The position numbers were made by a program, and so were the translations under genes. From positions 53,632,001 to 53,696,000 of the forward strand of contig NC_045707.1 in assembly GCF_009834535.1 (NCBI RefSeq): DNA of 64,000 nucleotides, given 5' to 3'. Positions 14,056-28,230 of the stretch are shown piece by piece (position 1 is the stretch's first letter; every line of letters starts with the position of its first letter). The stretch comes from Camelus ferus. Lineage: Eukaryota. The notes below the pieces were generated by a model that was not told the DNA's origin, ran no database searches, and was given only the letters and a program-made list of their open reading frames with translations.

Positions 14056-15209
14056 GTGACTTGATTTTTACGGGTGACAGAGTACTATAATACTAAATAT
14101 GTATCTCCAATCTCTCTGCTCTAAAGTCTCTCAGATACAATTAAAGAACAATCTAATCAAATAAAAACGAGCAAATCAATCAATCTGCACTTTCTAAATA
14201 CACATTACCTGCTATTTTTTGGCAACAGATGGTAACTGTAGAAGAGACTTTGCATTGTGCTTGTATCAAAATCTATTGCATATATATTTTATTACCAGCA
14301 GAATTACACGGAGATGCTAAGCCAAAGATTCAGGTGCTTTCTGTAGGAAAAAATTTAAAAATTTTAAAAAGGAAGAGGACATATGCAGTGCACAGAGTAG
14401 TAGGTTAAGGATTGAAATATGTGAATCTCTTTTATAGAGTATAGAATAATGATCATAACATCCATGAATTTATTTACAGGTAATGTAAATAAATTGAATT
14501 TTTTATGCCAAACATACCTGTCTGATAGCCTAAGGTTTAAAATAAATTTCCTATCATAACATATGTTTTAAAAAGCAGTGGTCATTATGAGATTCATTGT
14601 TAAAGGCTGTTTTCTGAGAGGTTAGAAAAGGAAAGACATGGCATTTAAATAATTGTAAACTTTTAAACCTTCCTGGCTTTTTGATCATTATAAAAGAGCA
14701 CACACTTATGATAACAACAATGAGGAATGTATCGTTTTCACAGAAAAGACTCGGCCTGCGCCACCTGCTCAAGTGTCCTTACTTATTGTGTTGTTCTGAT
14801 CTCCAATGTAAACACAGTCGTTACCTTCTCCTCCAGAACTTTCTGGGTGTTGGAATCAACAGCACTGCACTGGGGATTCTCAAAACCTTATGTTAATAAA
14901 GTTTTATCCTCTCCTGGGTTTTCATCAAATACCATATTTGATAGTTGCTTTATGTATTTCATTTTTTTCCAGGGACTGGAGTTGGATTAATCAGTTTAAG
15001 GCACTTCATCATTTGTGCATGCAAGGCTTTCTTATTCTTTACTGTGTCATACAGGTGCTGTCCTATTAGGCCTTACCCCAATTCTTTATTTTCTTTCTGT
15101 TTATAAGAATCTACCTAAAGCAGTTGCTATATATGTTAGACTTGTTGGAATCTTGTATATATTTGCCTTTATATGTATATTTTCAAAGACAAATGTTACT
15201 GTGTTACGA

Positions 15210-16080
15210 TTTGTCTTTTTAAAATTGCACACTTAGCCTTATTACGTATCATAAAATTCACCTATTCTCGTTGTGCCATTCATTGAATTTTAGTGTATTA
15301 ATAGAGTTATGCCTCCATTGCCACAATTTAATTTTAGAACATTTCCATCAAGCCTCAAAAAAATTATGTGCTCATTTATAGTCACTCCTCATTTCTACCC
15401 CCAGCGCTCAGCAACCACTTATTTAATTTCTCTCTGTATTTGCACATTGGGGGCTTTTTTAATAGAAATAAATCCTGTGATATGACTTTAAGGAACAACT
15501 TGGCTCCACAGAATGCATGTGTTTATAACATTTATCAGTTATCTCATGTAAGGACACTCAGGTTACCTCTAATCTAGTGCCTTGCTTCCCAGAACAATGC
15601 TGCACAAACACTTCTTCAAAAGCTCAAGCATTTCTGAAGAACACACAGAAGGTTTCTTGGTCATGTGGTATACAGATACACAATTTCACTAACAATCAGC
15701 AAGTTTTCTACAAAAAGGCTACATCAATGTGCATATCTGCCAGCAGTTTATGAGGCTAACTGGTTCCAAACATTACCAAAATTTGGTAGTAGTGGAATTT
15801 TTTTAAAATTGTTGTTGATTTAATCAGTATAAGATTGTTTTAATTTTCAGTTGTTTCATTATTAGTGAACTGACTATCCCTTTGTACACGTATTAGCCAT
15901 TCAGGTTTCTCCTTCAGTGAATTTCATAATAACACTTCCCTTCCATTTTGCTTTTGCAGTTTCTGTCCGTAGATGCTACTGCATTTCTGTTATTTTGCAA
16001 GAATACCTTGTATATTCTCATACTAGTTCATGTTGTGTCAAATAGCTTCTCCCAACACATCACTATTAATATTGTCTACC
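15210..16080 (-). mobile_element. Old L1M 3' end fragment
   Basis: cataaaattcacc...ttttagaacatttccatca...gcaaccact, followed by degraded antisense ORF2 C-terminal motifs. Confidence 0.65.
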
Positions 16081-19000
16081 ACAACTGCAATTCAACAAAA
16101 AGCAGTTAGTATTTATGTCTTTCTATACCTCTTTTAAACAAGGTTCTCCAAGCATGTCTATGGAGCAAACAATTAACAAAGCACTTCTTTCACACACTTA
16201 GAAAAATACTTGAATCTCAAATAGTCAGCAGATAATTCTCCAAGCAGAGAGGTATGGTGAACAGGTCACATTATTCTGGAACTAAGAGACTACGTAGACT
16301 CAGTAAAGAAACTGAGTCTATCAAGATAATAAAAAAGTGAATGGTGCCATATGTAGAGATGAATGCATAATTTGACTTAATTTGACATATCCATTTGGAA
16401 TTCTTTTGAAAGTGGAAGTAACAGCAGTTAACACTGTCAATTTTTCATCTGTGCTTTAGTTACAAGACAATTTCTGCAAATAGTATAATTGTTTTTATAT
16501 ATTTCATTGGGTTATGGAGGAACTGGTAAGAAGAGTGATTCTGGACAAAAGTTCAATAGAAAACTTCAGGGGAAAAAAAGTCCGAACATTATTGAACTTT
16601 AGAATCAATTTATATTGACGAAAGGAAAGTTCATATTCTACTTAGCATGAAGCTGTTCATCCATCCCATTAAAAGCTACCTATTACATTTGCCTCCAAAT
16701 AAGGCGACTATTTCAGATGTTCCAGCCAGTTGATCAGAAAGTACTTACTGAGTATTCATTAAATACATTGATGTTAGTTTCAGGATAAAGAGGTTTTTTT
16801 AAAAAAACACTTGAGCATTGCAACAAAAATTCATGAACATATACAGACTGGTGGTTCCTGAAGTGATTTGATGTTGAAAGCTATCCGGAGAGAGGTCAAC
16901 TTCTTACAAAAAAAGAAATTATGGAATTATTCTTTTCAATCATTCATACCATGTACAGTTTTACTGCCTTAAGTATTATCCTGATTTGAAATTGTACTAG
17001 ATGGTTTGATTCTTATAATTGAATTAAACAGGCTACATGATAGTTGATATTTGAAGAATACTATTAATTATAGCTACTATATTAATGTATACAAAATTTT
17101 ATCTATATAATACACAGCCCACATAGCTTATTTTTTCAAGTTAAATTGAATATTTTCTTAATAGTTGTGTTGTGCAAACTGAGAAAAAATACCTGTTTTA
17201 TATATATATATATATAAAACCTTACTCTTTACTTTGGTACTATTGTCTTGCTTATCAGTAAATTATCATTAAAGAGTCAGAAGTCTAGAAAGATAAACTT
17301 CAAAATCTGACTAGTGACATGAGCCAATAAAAATTCACTAATATACTTCAACACATTTTTCTGGAGAATGTTCAAAGTGATTTTTATTGAAAGAAAGAAT
17401 TTATATATAACAAAAGAATAAATGGTAATTTCATTATGACTTTGAATTGTTGCAAAATGCTCTGCTATTGATGAATATATGTCATATCAGCTATTTTCAG
17501 AGTCTTTGCTTCAGGAAAATATAATGTCTCTAGAGAGTACCCAAATGTGGGATACAAAATTATGAAAGAAATGGAAAACTCACCATATCAAGAATATCTT
17601 AAAACAGAAACAGGAAGATAATAATCAACTGCCTGGATAAGGAAAAATAAAGTAATATTTACTGATTTTCAAACATAATATATATTATCAACTCCTAGAT
17701 CTAGGTAACTAGGTATTCCATATATATTATCCTATTATTTTTTACAAAACTAAAAGATAAATATTATTATTACATGTTTTATATATATATATATATGAAC
17801 AAATGGAGGCTCAAAGAAAATTTATTACTAAAACAAAACTAAATATGTAGTAATGGGCCAAAATTTATGTGTTTCTAACACTCTGCTATTTTCCTCTACA
17901 CCAGTATTCCACATAAAAAGAATGAATGGTGAGATCTGGAAAGCTTGAGAGAGATCACTACAGTACTAATGAAAAGTAAAGGTTATTTAGTGAATAACCA
18001 CAGTTTTAATAGTTGCAGCAAGTGTAGAAGTAACATAGCCATAGTGGTACCAGTAATAGTGGTACTAGTAATAGTAATACTAGCAAAGATGTGATGGTTG
18101 TGGTTGTTTCCATAAGAATAATCATCATGGGTAATACTAATTACATCAACATATATGCAAATTAAATAAAATGTAGTTTTAGTTCAGTGGTAAGTTTAAT
18201 TCAGGTGGGGGAATATTTTTGAACAGTTTTACTGGAGTTTTATAAATTTAAAATGAACATTATATCCAGATTTTAATATAAATTTTAATATTAGATAATG
18301 AATGCATTATTATAAACTCAGTATGTGTTTCAAAGAAAAAACAATGAAGAACATTATTTCTGTGAGAGTCTAAATTAATATGACAGCCTTGTATTTACTT
18401 TTTTTATATATGAATTTCTGTCAGCTTTCTTAATAAAAAAGAAGTTGACCCTGGAGAATTTTCTTATCTCAGGACACCATGTTCAAGGAAGCAATTTGTA
18501 CTGAATGAGGCAAGTATTGCCTTGTATTTCCCATTTTTATAATATAGGGATATTATTTTTTGATATAGTTACCCTAAGAAACAAGAGTTCCAAAACAAAT
18601 CTTTGAATATAAAATGTAGTTTTGTCCTTGTAAAATTTCATTGTAAACCATTTTATTATATTTGGCCTGGAAATTATCATTCTCACATTTGTATACTTCA
18701 TATTCAATATAAATTTATGTAGTTTTTTCCTTTATTTTTGTTATAACAATCTCTAATATTTATTCACCAGAACTAGGTCAAGGGTATTAATCTTATTGTA
18801 GACTAATTTTAAGTGTTTGACATTTTTGATGAAAACTATTCATTAAGGAAACATACAAGCCAAGAGATCAGCCATCCCCTGGGCTCTGCTTTGGAAGGAC
18901 TATAATTTTGTCATTACTGGTAATTGATTGAAGTTACTTAGTAGCATATACCACCGATTTTCATAGCCGCTCAGTTTAACATCCCCTTTCTTGTAAGAAA

Positions 19001-19809
19001 AAGTACTCTGATTCTCGAGCTCTTGACCCTTTTTCAACATAGCACGTGGGCTTTCAGTCCTACTGTTGGACTCCCTCTTGCTTAAACCACTCAGCACAGC
19101 CTATCCAATCTGATACAAGGATGTGTCCAGAAACCTTCTCATGGCCCACTGCATACTGACGAAGCAATGTTTGTAGAAAACTTCCGGAATCCTTCCAGAG
19201 AGACACTTTCTCTCTAGATGGTGGAAATGCAGTTGTGAGGTCTGAAGTTGCTACACCCATGTAACTGAAATTGTGGGTGTCACTGGCAACCCTGACAATC
19301 AGTTTAAGTAATTATAGTGACAAACTCTTGAGCAGCAAACAAGGCAAAGAGAGAGATATTTCCAACTGACTTCCCAAAATATCTAGTGTATTGTCAGTTA
19401 ATTTTGAAGGGTTTTCCCAGTTTAACAAAAACAGTGGGCCGTTCTTCTCTTACTTAGGTTTCCTGATCCATACTGCATTGGTTATAACTTTCAGACAAAT
19501 GTTAAATTTAGTGTTACATGGGACATCTTTAACTAGTTTCTGAAATTAAAGTAGATGCCTCTTCTGTTTTAGTATTCCTTAATACATTAGTTTTTATTTT
19601 AAGATAGTTGTTCTTTGTCATATTAAGGAAGAATTGTGATATTCTAGCTTATTGAGTCTTTATTGGCAATACCGAATTTAATTTTATCTAATGTCTTTTC
19701 AGTTTTTAACTTTCCCATAAGGTTTTTGTCCTTTGAGCTACCCATGTATTGTTGCAATAAATTATGTTAATAGCTTTCCTTCTATTAAGCTATTGTTTTA
19801 CATACTCAT

Positions 19810-20635
19810 TTATTCAAGTGAAAAAACTAAGGCCCTTGGCCTCATGGAGCTTACAATATAGTGGTGAAGAGGCCACATAAGTAAGTAAGAAATCAGTAAA
19901 GAGGAGCAGATATTGGGGGAAAAAAGTAAGAGTTTAGTTATGGACATTCTTGCTATAGAGAAAAACAAGGCATAATAAGAGAAATAGAAAATTGTTGCTA
20001 TTTTTGCAGGACACTAGCAGTATGAATGAAGAGAAGGAGTAAGAAACGGATACACAGTGCAGGAACATTCAAGGCAGAGGGAGGCAAATTCAAATGTCCT
20101 AACGAAGGAGCATGCATGGCTTGTTATGAAACAACAATGAGAGCAGAGTTACTGTAGCTTATTCAGCAGGAGAGAGGGGCAGGACAAGAGGTCTGGGAGA
20201 TGGAGTGGAGTGGTCCAGGTCACACAGGTCCTTGAGGGCCACTAGAGAATTTTTACCTTTATTCTGAATGAGATAAGGAACTGTTGAATGGATGAATGAT
20301 GATCTAATCTATATTTAGGTTATTCTGACTACTGTACATGCTCTCAAGGCAAGGGATGAAGCACGAAGGCTAGTTTATAAAAAGTAACACAGGTGAGACC
20401 CGTATGGGGGTATCTTGGAATAAAGTGGTGACTGAGGTGTTGTGAGAAATGGTCAGAATTCGGATGCATTTTGCAAGTGGACCTAACATGACCTTTTGAT
20501 AAATATGTGATGTGAGAGAACGAGAAGAGTCAAGGATGACACCATCATTTTTGCTTGAGCAGTTGATAGAATGGAGATTAACCAACAAAGAAGGGGAAAA
20601 CTTGGGAGAAAAATAAGAGTTTAGTTATGGACATT
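19810..20635 (-). mobile_element. L2 LINE fragment
   Basis: ORF 20370..20588 contains GVILDSSRSLTSHI, like L2 ORF2 NLGVILDSSLSLTPHI; also ggcctcatggagcttaca and gaagagtcaaggatgac motifs. Confidence 0.8.
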
Positions 20636-20944
20636 ATTAAAGATGACTCAGAAAAACGAGAGGAATTATCAATTAAATATTTACATAGATGATATAAAAA
20701 TAACCTTGGAATAAACTCCACTTGCTCAGTGCACATAATTCTTTGACTTAGTGCCTTATTTAATGCAGTGGTAATTAATTTAGAATTTCAAAATCTGTAT
20801 TTCTAAATGTAGATGTTATTTTATCTCTATTTTATTGGTCCATTTATTATTTTGTTTCTTTTCACCTAGTTCATTATTTAGGGTGTACTAAGGACCTGTA
20901 ACCAATATAGATTCTCTTTGACCTGATATTTCAGACAGTGATAT

Positions 20945-20949
<5 letters not shown>

Positions 20950-21022
<73 letters not shown>
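20950..21022. repeat. Compound microsatellite (CT)n(AT)n(GT)n
   Basis: Directly visible. Confidence 0.98.
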
Positions 21023-21023
<1 letters not shown>

Positions 21024-24000
21024 TTTTGATTGTTTAAAATTGTGTTATTACTCATCTTTATCACCATAACAGAAACTATGATGTGTTATTTCTGTTACAT
21101 TTGACTTGCTGTGATCAAGTTTTGAAAATATTTTGTGGCTTCTGCAATAAAAAATTTCCTTCTTGGTGTGTAGCATGCCACGTGTAATACAACCATTAAA
21201 TGGCATTTTTAAATTATGTTATTCAAATTCTCTGTATTCTTTTTTAATCTGTCAAGAACTAATGAATTGTGACTAGAGTTCTCCTCTATACTTGCTTTTG
21301 TTAATTTTCTTTTTATTTTTTTAATATCTATTGTTCCTTACTGCTTTACAATTTTTATAGCTTCCATATATGTTTTATTTATTAAAATTTTAAGACACTT
21401 CCATTTATTTTTCCTAAGTGTTCCTTATTAAATATTAAATATTAATTGTGAATTCTATAAAGGATTTTTAAAGAAAGATTTGTTTAAAGTTAATTTTAAA
21501 ATATTATTCCACTTTGTCCCTAGAAAATGGCACATGGTTAAATTTTGCTTGGTGATCCAAACTGGAAATCTGTCTATTCATGTGTAATTTTATCCAGTTC
21601 CTGGAGAGCCATAACTAATAGAGTAAATCTTCATATTTAATACTTTCTATTTTTTAGCTTTATTTTCTCATTCTTTCGTTTACAGTTATTGCTATACAGA
21701 ATACATTCTCTTTGAATGAATGAATAAATTTTTTTTTCTGATTTCCAGTAAAACGGTCAGGCTCATACTCAACTACTTTTTTAACCTATGAAACTGTCAT
21801 TCATTGCCTCTATATAGAGTGATTATTATTTTGACAATTAATTTTTCTGTCTCCATGAACCCTTTCCTATTTTAAGATTACAGTTCATCACTTACAGTTT
21901 GCTCTAAATTTCTTGGTATGGTGTTCTCTCCAATCATGTTTTCAAAAACAATTGGGTGTTTTTCAAAAATGCTCTCCTGTTTTCTGCAGTAATTCAATTT
22001 CATAGGAAAAAATCCATTCTCTTTCCATAGGGTAGCCCTTTTGTTGTATATCTGGTAATTTCTCCCTGTTTGCTTATCTTTCTTTGTTGCTTGTCCTTAC
22101 CCTTGCTTATTATGTGATGTAATATACTGAGCTATTCGATAACATATTATACAGATGGAGAAAGGAAAGTGGGAATTGTTACTTTGTTGGTTGAACCTCA
22201 TCAATGCAAGGATGCAGCAACATGAGAATGAATGAGACCCAAAGGCAACCTCGGACAGGGAACTTTTACTTTTGCTATAAAATTCTTCCCTGGGTATGAT
22301 GTGACAGTCTAGAACTACCACATGCAAAACGTTGTTTATTTTTTGATAGGTGCAGTTGTTTATGTCCAATGTACATAGGGGTAATCCTGCTTGGTGTGAT
22401 CTCCAGTCTCTGATATGTGTTCCAAAGGTGCTGGTGAGATTCAGATTTGTCATTCAACCCTCTTACGTACACCAAGAACACTGTCATACCCAGCCTTCAT
22501 CCTTCCAAGTGAGGTAGTTAATCAGTTTTACTTTGAATCCAGCCCACATTCCCAATATCACTTGCCATACAAATAGAGAGTTGTGTGTTGTGTAAATCCG
22601 TTCCTCATTCCGGTCACATCTATAGTTTCTTTTGCAGAAATTCCTTCAAGTATATAGGCTATGGATATCATCTCTTCCCAGTTCTTAGAGATAATACATT
22701 TTTTTCCCCAAAAAACTAAGAGAATAAAAATGGTCCCAAAGATAGACCATAAAAATGGTACCTCACTCCCAAAGGGAAATTTGTTTCAGCATTATGTCTC
22801 CTCTGTGTCTGGTAAAGATACTGTACCAGGGGGAATATATTAGATTTACTGTCTGATCTTGTCTCTCTATGCCAGGTAGAAACTGTAAGTCTTCCAAAAT
22901 TTCATCCTAATGCCTAGTAACTTTGTTCAGTTTCCTAAATAGTGTATCTGCTATAAGAACACAGTCACTACTATTTCAAAAAATAACTAACAAAGTGATA
23001 TGCAGCCCAAATTTTATGAGCCACATCTGTTCCACTGGCCATTAGCACTTTCCCTGTAAATTAGCGTTGTTTTGTGAGCTTCGTCAGTATAGGACTTATT
23101 TCTTAGCTATGCTGTTGCTTCTCGAGATAGAATATTATTCTCAGAAATCCTTTATTCTTCACACTTCTTCCATTATTTTACTTCTCTCAAAAGCACCTCA
23201 AATTTTCTGGATTGTGAAATATATCTTTCATTAATGTACAGTGCTTTTCTGGCTTTTCCACTTCCCAAATTTGGGGAGTGACTCAAACTCAAAGTGAAAT
23301 TTAAGGGTAGTAATGGGACTTTTATTTCACTTTATCTCAGTTATCGGGGGACTCAGTAATTAAAATGCACCTATGAAGAGACTATCTAGTACTTTTGAAA
23401 TAGGTAGTATGACTGTCCTTTCTCTTTATTTTTAAAAAGAAACTGATTGAAGTATTTCAAAAATTTCTTAGATGCCTCGAAGATTTAACAAGATAACAAA
23501 TATAACATGATAATTTAACAAAGAATTATGTGAGGACAAGTGCTTTACCTTTATTGGCTCATATAACTGAGCCTAGCATAGAGTAGCTGTTATCATTAAA
23601 TATTTGTAAAATGAATGGCCTAATTATGCTGGAATACTGGCTTAAACCTAAATTTAACTAACAGCAGTGAGATCTTACTGGGCTCCTTTCCCCAAAATAT
23701 ATTTTAATGCAGCTATCAAGTCATTATGAATCTCATTTCCTTTTTGCAGTTAGCTTGAAATATGTAAAAATAAAAGTGTGTTCATGTGGACACAAATTAT
23801 ACAACTTTGATGCTGTATTATGTCTGAATACTTTACCTTGGGCTGATTTTATCTGAAAATTTCACAGATAGTCACTATGTTTTCCTCCTGGCAAAGTGAG
23901 ACCATAAACATAGTCTAGTCAAAATCATTGTCTTATTTCTCTACACATTTCAAGATCATGCCAGGGTATTTTGCCATCACTTCAGGTATTTTAAGACATC

Positions 24001-25504
24001 ATTGATAGAAAATCGGAGTTTTCTCATTATTAACTATTACCAAAACTCATTCAAACGGAATAATGTGTAAAGGATGGCAAGGACAACGTACACCTTTGGG
24101 TATGTGTTATTGTGTGGGGGACACAAGTTGAAGGTTGACTGTTTTACCTGTGTCGTGCTCAGGATTGGCATATTGGCTGACTGACTTTTTCAGTAACTGG
24201 ACACATACAACTGTTTTACTGCTACAGTTATGATGAAGAAGAGTATTATCATTTTGTGCAAATTCCCACACAAACATGCACATGGACACACACACTCACT
24301 AAAAGAACTTTCTTCTATTTCTGTTTATACCTGTTTAGTGTTTTGTTTATTCCCCTTTTACATACTTCATAGCATCTCCTAGCGGATGAACTGAAAGCTT
24401 CATGGAAGCACTTCCATCTGACTGTATCATCTTGCAGTGTTTATAGTTCTGTAGTGCAATGTTTACTTTCTTAATTTATGTAATTAACTTGATGAGATGC
24501 TTGCACGCTACTTTAGAGATGTTATGGATTAATTACTTATTTAATTAGTTATAACTCAGATAAGATGAAAAGTACCATATAAATTTTAAACACTTCAATT
24601 ATAACAACTTCTTGCATAGCTATAATTATAAAAAGGATATAAGAAAATATGAAGTTGTCACATTAAAATATAGAAAATGGAGGACAACAGTAACAATGAC
24701 AAGAGGGTATTCAATTTTACATCTTAGGATAATAAAAGGAAAAATGGCAGGGAAAAAAGCGATTGTGTTTCTACAGGGCCTACTAAATTCCTAAATTTTT
24801 ATTTTTATGTGAAAAAGTGGTATAATGCATATTTTTGCTAATAGAAAGCATTCATTTAAAAAATAAATGCATTTAATTAAGTCTTCATGATTCATAACTT
24901 ACAAACTTGAGTTTCCAAATTATTACAACAATTATATTGACTTTTGGGAAACATGGTATTGATTTTCTAATAGCTATGAACAATGACATGCTACCTCAAC
25001 ATTTTATAATTATAATAGCAGTTTGAAGATTGTAGCTGTGTTGCCAAATTTTTCCATTATTTCTGAGCAATTTCAGTAAAATTAGCTGACAAAGAATTAA
25101 AAAGAAATACATTCCTATTAGGGTCTTACATGCCTCAATGCATTATTCATTTGTTTTTGAACATGACATTTATAATCACAATTGTAAAATATTCTTAAAA
25201 GTAACAATTCATATAACCCTTGAGGGAAAATGCTGTCTCAAAGCATAGATAGTTTCATTAATTATGTGGGGTCAATTGATTACAGATGCACAGAAGGTTA
25301 AAATGTGACCTACTTTTAACATAACTTTTTCTTGTAAATATGTAGTCTATTATCTCTTACCTACTTTCTTCTGTAAGGAAAACAATCAGGTGTTTTCTAA
25401 AATGCCCTCCTGTTCTCTACAATAATTCTATTTCAGACGGGAAAAAAGAAGATCTGTTCTCCTTCCACAGGGTAGCACCTTTGTTGAATACCTGGTAATT
25501 TTCT

Positions 25505-25870
25505 GCTGGTGAAGAGTTGCAACTTTCCATTCTGGTGGCTGAAGTTTGTCTTCTGCTTGCCAGTTGTCGTATTTAGTTATGTAAGTCAAAACCACTGGAC
25601 AGCTGTTCATCTCTCGCACCACTAGGAACATTATGATCGATTAAACATCATCACAGATTCCTGTAGTTCAAGGCCCTTTGATTGTCATTCTGCCCGTATG
25701 CCCACTACAGTAATTAAGTCCACCTTAGCCCTGATAAATAAGCAGCAGCACATGACTAGGAAGAACAAAACAGAGGAGGAAGAGTCAGTGAAGAGGTACA
25801 TTTATTACATTGCTGCCACACTAGGTAACTGGGATAAATTCCACAGGGACCTTCTGATGAACCAAACAGA
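25505..25870 (-). mobile_element. ERVL/MaLR internal (gag-like) relic with adjacent old LTR piece
   Basis: Minus strand reads gctgctgcttatttatcagggctaaggtgga...ggcagaatgacaatcaaagggccttga...gatcataatgttcctag, resembling ERVL gag AALNHQRQGG...LWxWLIxHGVPR with stops and frameshifts. Confidence 0.65.
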
Positions 25871-26059
25871 ATGAAATCTCAAAAGGCAGTAAAATTGCTT
25901 TTTCGTGTTTATTGTTAGAGCCCCCTATTCTAAGACTCATCTTCTTTTACCTGGGCTACTTAATTTAGCAGCTTCTGAATAATCTCCTTGCTTGATGTTA
26001 CCCTGTACTCCCCTGTCCACAGAGAAGCCGGCGGGCCTATGAGTGTGTAATTCAGCTTG

Positions 26060-26990
26060 TGTCCTGCTTCTGCGCCTACACTTGCTTCCCACTGTAAATA
26101 AAGTGAAAGGCACACTCTTTATCATGCCCTCTGAGACCCTGTGTGACTGGGCCCCGGGCTGCCAGTTCAGACTCATGATCGGCCTTCTTGCTGCAATGCC
26201 CTGGTCACAGAAGCCTTCTTGTCATTTCTTTGACATATTTAGCCTATTTCTTTCCTGGAGATGTTTTTACTACCCGGAATATCATTGCCCAATTTTTTCA
26301 TGTGGTTACTGTTATAGGCTAAAATGTATCCCTTCAAAATTCATATGTAGAAGCCCTACCCTTCAGAACCATAGAATGTGACTGTACTTGAACACAGGGC
26401 CTTTAAAGGGGTCATTAAAGTTAAAGGAGCTCGTTAGGGTAGGCTCTTTGTAATACAACTGTTGTCCTTAGAAAAAGAAATTTGGACCCAGACACATACA
26501 GAGGGAAGACTTAGTGAGGACACAAGGAGAAGTTATCCATCTAGATGCCAAGGAGAGAGGCCTCAGAAGATGCCAACCCTGCTGACACCTTCATCTTGAA
26601 CTTCCAGCCTCCAGCGCTGGGAAGAAATAGAATTCTGTTGTTCAAGCCCCCCAGTCTTTGGCACTCTGCTATGGCAGCCCTCGCAAACTAATAGTTACCT
26701 ACTCATTATCCTAGTGTCATCCTGGATGTCGCCTCCTCAGAAAGTCCTTCTTTAAGTGCAATGGCCAAGGCAGCCATATACCCTAGTCACAGCTTTTCTT
26801 ATTACCCTGTTGTCTTTGACAACATGTTAATACAATCTTCTATTTATTTATTTGTTTATTTATATAGTTATTTGCTGCTGTTAATGTGTTTATTTTATGA
26901 ACCACTCTAAGTTCTTTAAGGGAAAGACTTTGTCTTTTTCACTAAATCCTGTTGCGTGGTAGGTGCTCAGTAAGTAAAGGCTGAATAAAT
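26060..26990 (+). mobile_element. L2 3' region interrupted by an MLT1 LTR
   Basis: L2 motifs on both sides of the LTR; ends ggtaggtgctcagtaagtaaaggctgaataaat. Confidence 0.6.
26310..26695 (+). mobile_element. MaLR solo LTR (MLT1B-like)
   Basis: tgttataggctaaaatgtatcccttcaaaattcatatgtagaagcccta...gccaaggagagaggcctcagaaga...ctgctgacaccttcatcttgaacttccagcctccag...gcagccctcgcaaactaata. Confidence 0.9.
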
Positions 26991-28029
26991 ACCATGTTAC
27001 AAAACCGCTGCTCTGTTCTTCTACCACATCACTTGTCATGTCTTCTTCCCCGTGATAAACGTCTTCAATGTAGTCTTCCTTCTAATGTCATTCTTTTTAG
27101 AAGTCTTGGCATTTTGTTTACATTCCTTTTGAAATAAAAGGCTTAAAATAAATTATTCTAAGTTGACTTTGACCATCAGGGTTATCATATATCATGATCT
27201 AGATTAATTAGCATTACTCAGACTTTTATTTACCTTTTTTACAACAAGTGTTAATGCTCTTTATAATCAATCGAAACTTGGTGGCATTTTATTTTCACAC
27301 AAACTTAAACATTTTCCTAGTCTATTTTACTATTGTTTTCTTTTTAATCTAAATGTAAGACTTATTTGTATCATTAAACTAAACTTAGTTTTAGCCCAAA
27401 TCTGAAGTATTTGACTTAAATGATTAATAATTTTTCTTGAAATTTGCCACTCCCACTTTTCCCACTCCTGAATCACGTTATTCTTAATCTCATTTTATGA
27501 CCCCTCTTCCTTATCCATTAAATACAGATATCTCCAAGTTGCCATACTCAACCTTCTCTCCTTTACCTATATTATATTTTTGGATAAACTAACTCCCTTA
27601 TCTTTAACTATTTTAGAAATTTGGCAGATACATGCTAAATTTGTATCTCATCCTTCCATTGTTTAGTGGTATCAAGAAAATTTTACTGAAATGTGACCTA
27701 TTCCCCAAATCTTTAATATTTGCTACCATGGACATTCCTGATTTTTTCTACTTGTATAATTTCCTCCATAAAACAGGAATGTTAGCAAATAGTAAAGTGG
27801 ATGAATTCTGTGACGTCATCTGCTATCTCCCGGAGTGGACTCAAAGAAATTTACCATGTCTGGTTAGTCTCAACTACCTTCGTAAATCTCCATAGCTTTC
27901 TTGTCACCAAACATCACAATATTTCCTTAGGATGGATAACAGACTTCATAACTTCTACTAGTGTCTTTAAGACCATGATAAAGGAAGAAGAGGATGGGGT
28001 GGGAAGGAGGGAGAAATTGAAAAGTAGGC

Positions 28030-28230
28030 CTTTTAAAGTCAGAGAGATAGGGGTTCAAAATCCTAGCTGTCTAATAATTGCCTTGGGCACCCAAGAGAAT
28101 TATTCTAAAATTATTTCTGTATTTCTAATATGGCAAAAGTAAAATAAACTGGCATGGGAATTACTATGAAAGTTATGGATAATTTAAAGCATTTAACATA
28201 GCATCTGAAAAAATCGTAGCTGCCTAATAC
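28030..28230 (+). mobile_element. MIR SINE, degraded
   Basis: agtcagagagataggggttcaaaatcctagct...ccttgggca...taaagcatttaacatagcatctg. Confidence 0.6.

Larger units (their letters stand above)
19440..22100 (-). mobile_element. Highly degraded old L1 (ORF2/ORF1 pieces) with an embedded L2 and microsatellite
   Basis: T-rich L1-antisense composition; 21880-22070 read on the minus strand resembles an old L1 ORF1 start. Confidence 0.45.

Noticed and set aside
14681..14990. Overlapping ORFs with exon-like composition
   Set aside because: No frame gives a recognisable protein and splice sites are ambiguous on both strands
16748..16903. Possible minus-strand exon ending at gtaagt
   Set aside because: The longest frame hits TAA at the T7A7 run; no homology recognised
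17195..17221. Palindrome gtttt(at)n aaaac
   Set aside because: Self-complementarity is a trivial result of an (AT)n microsatellite
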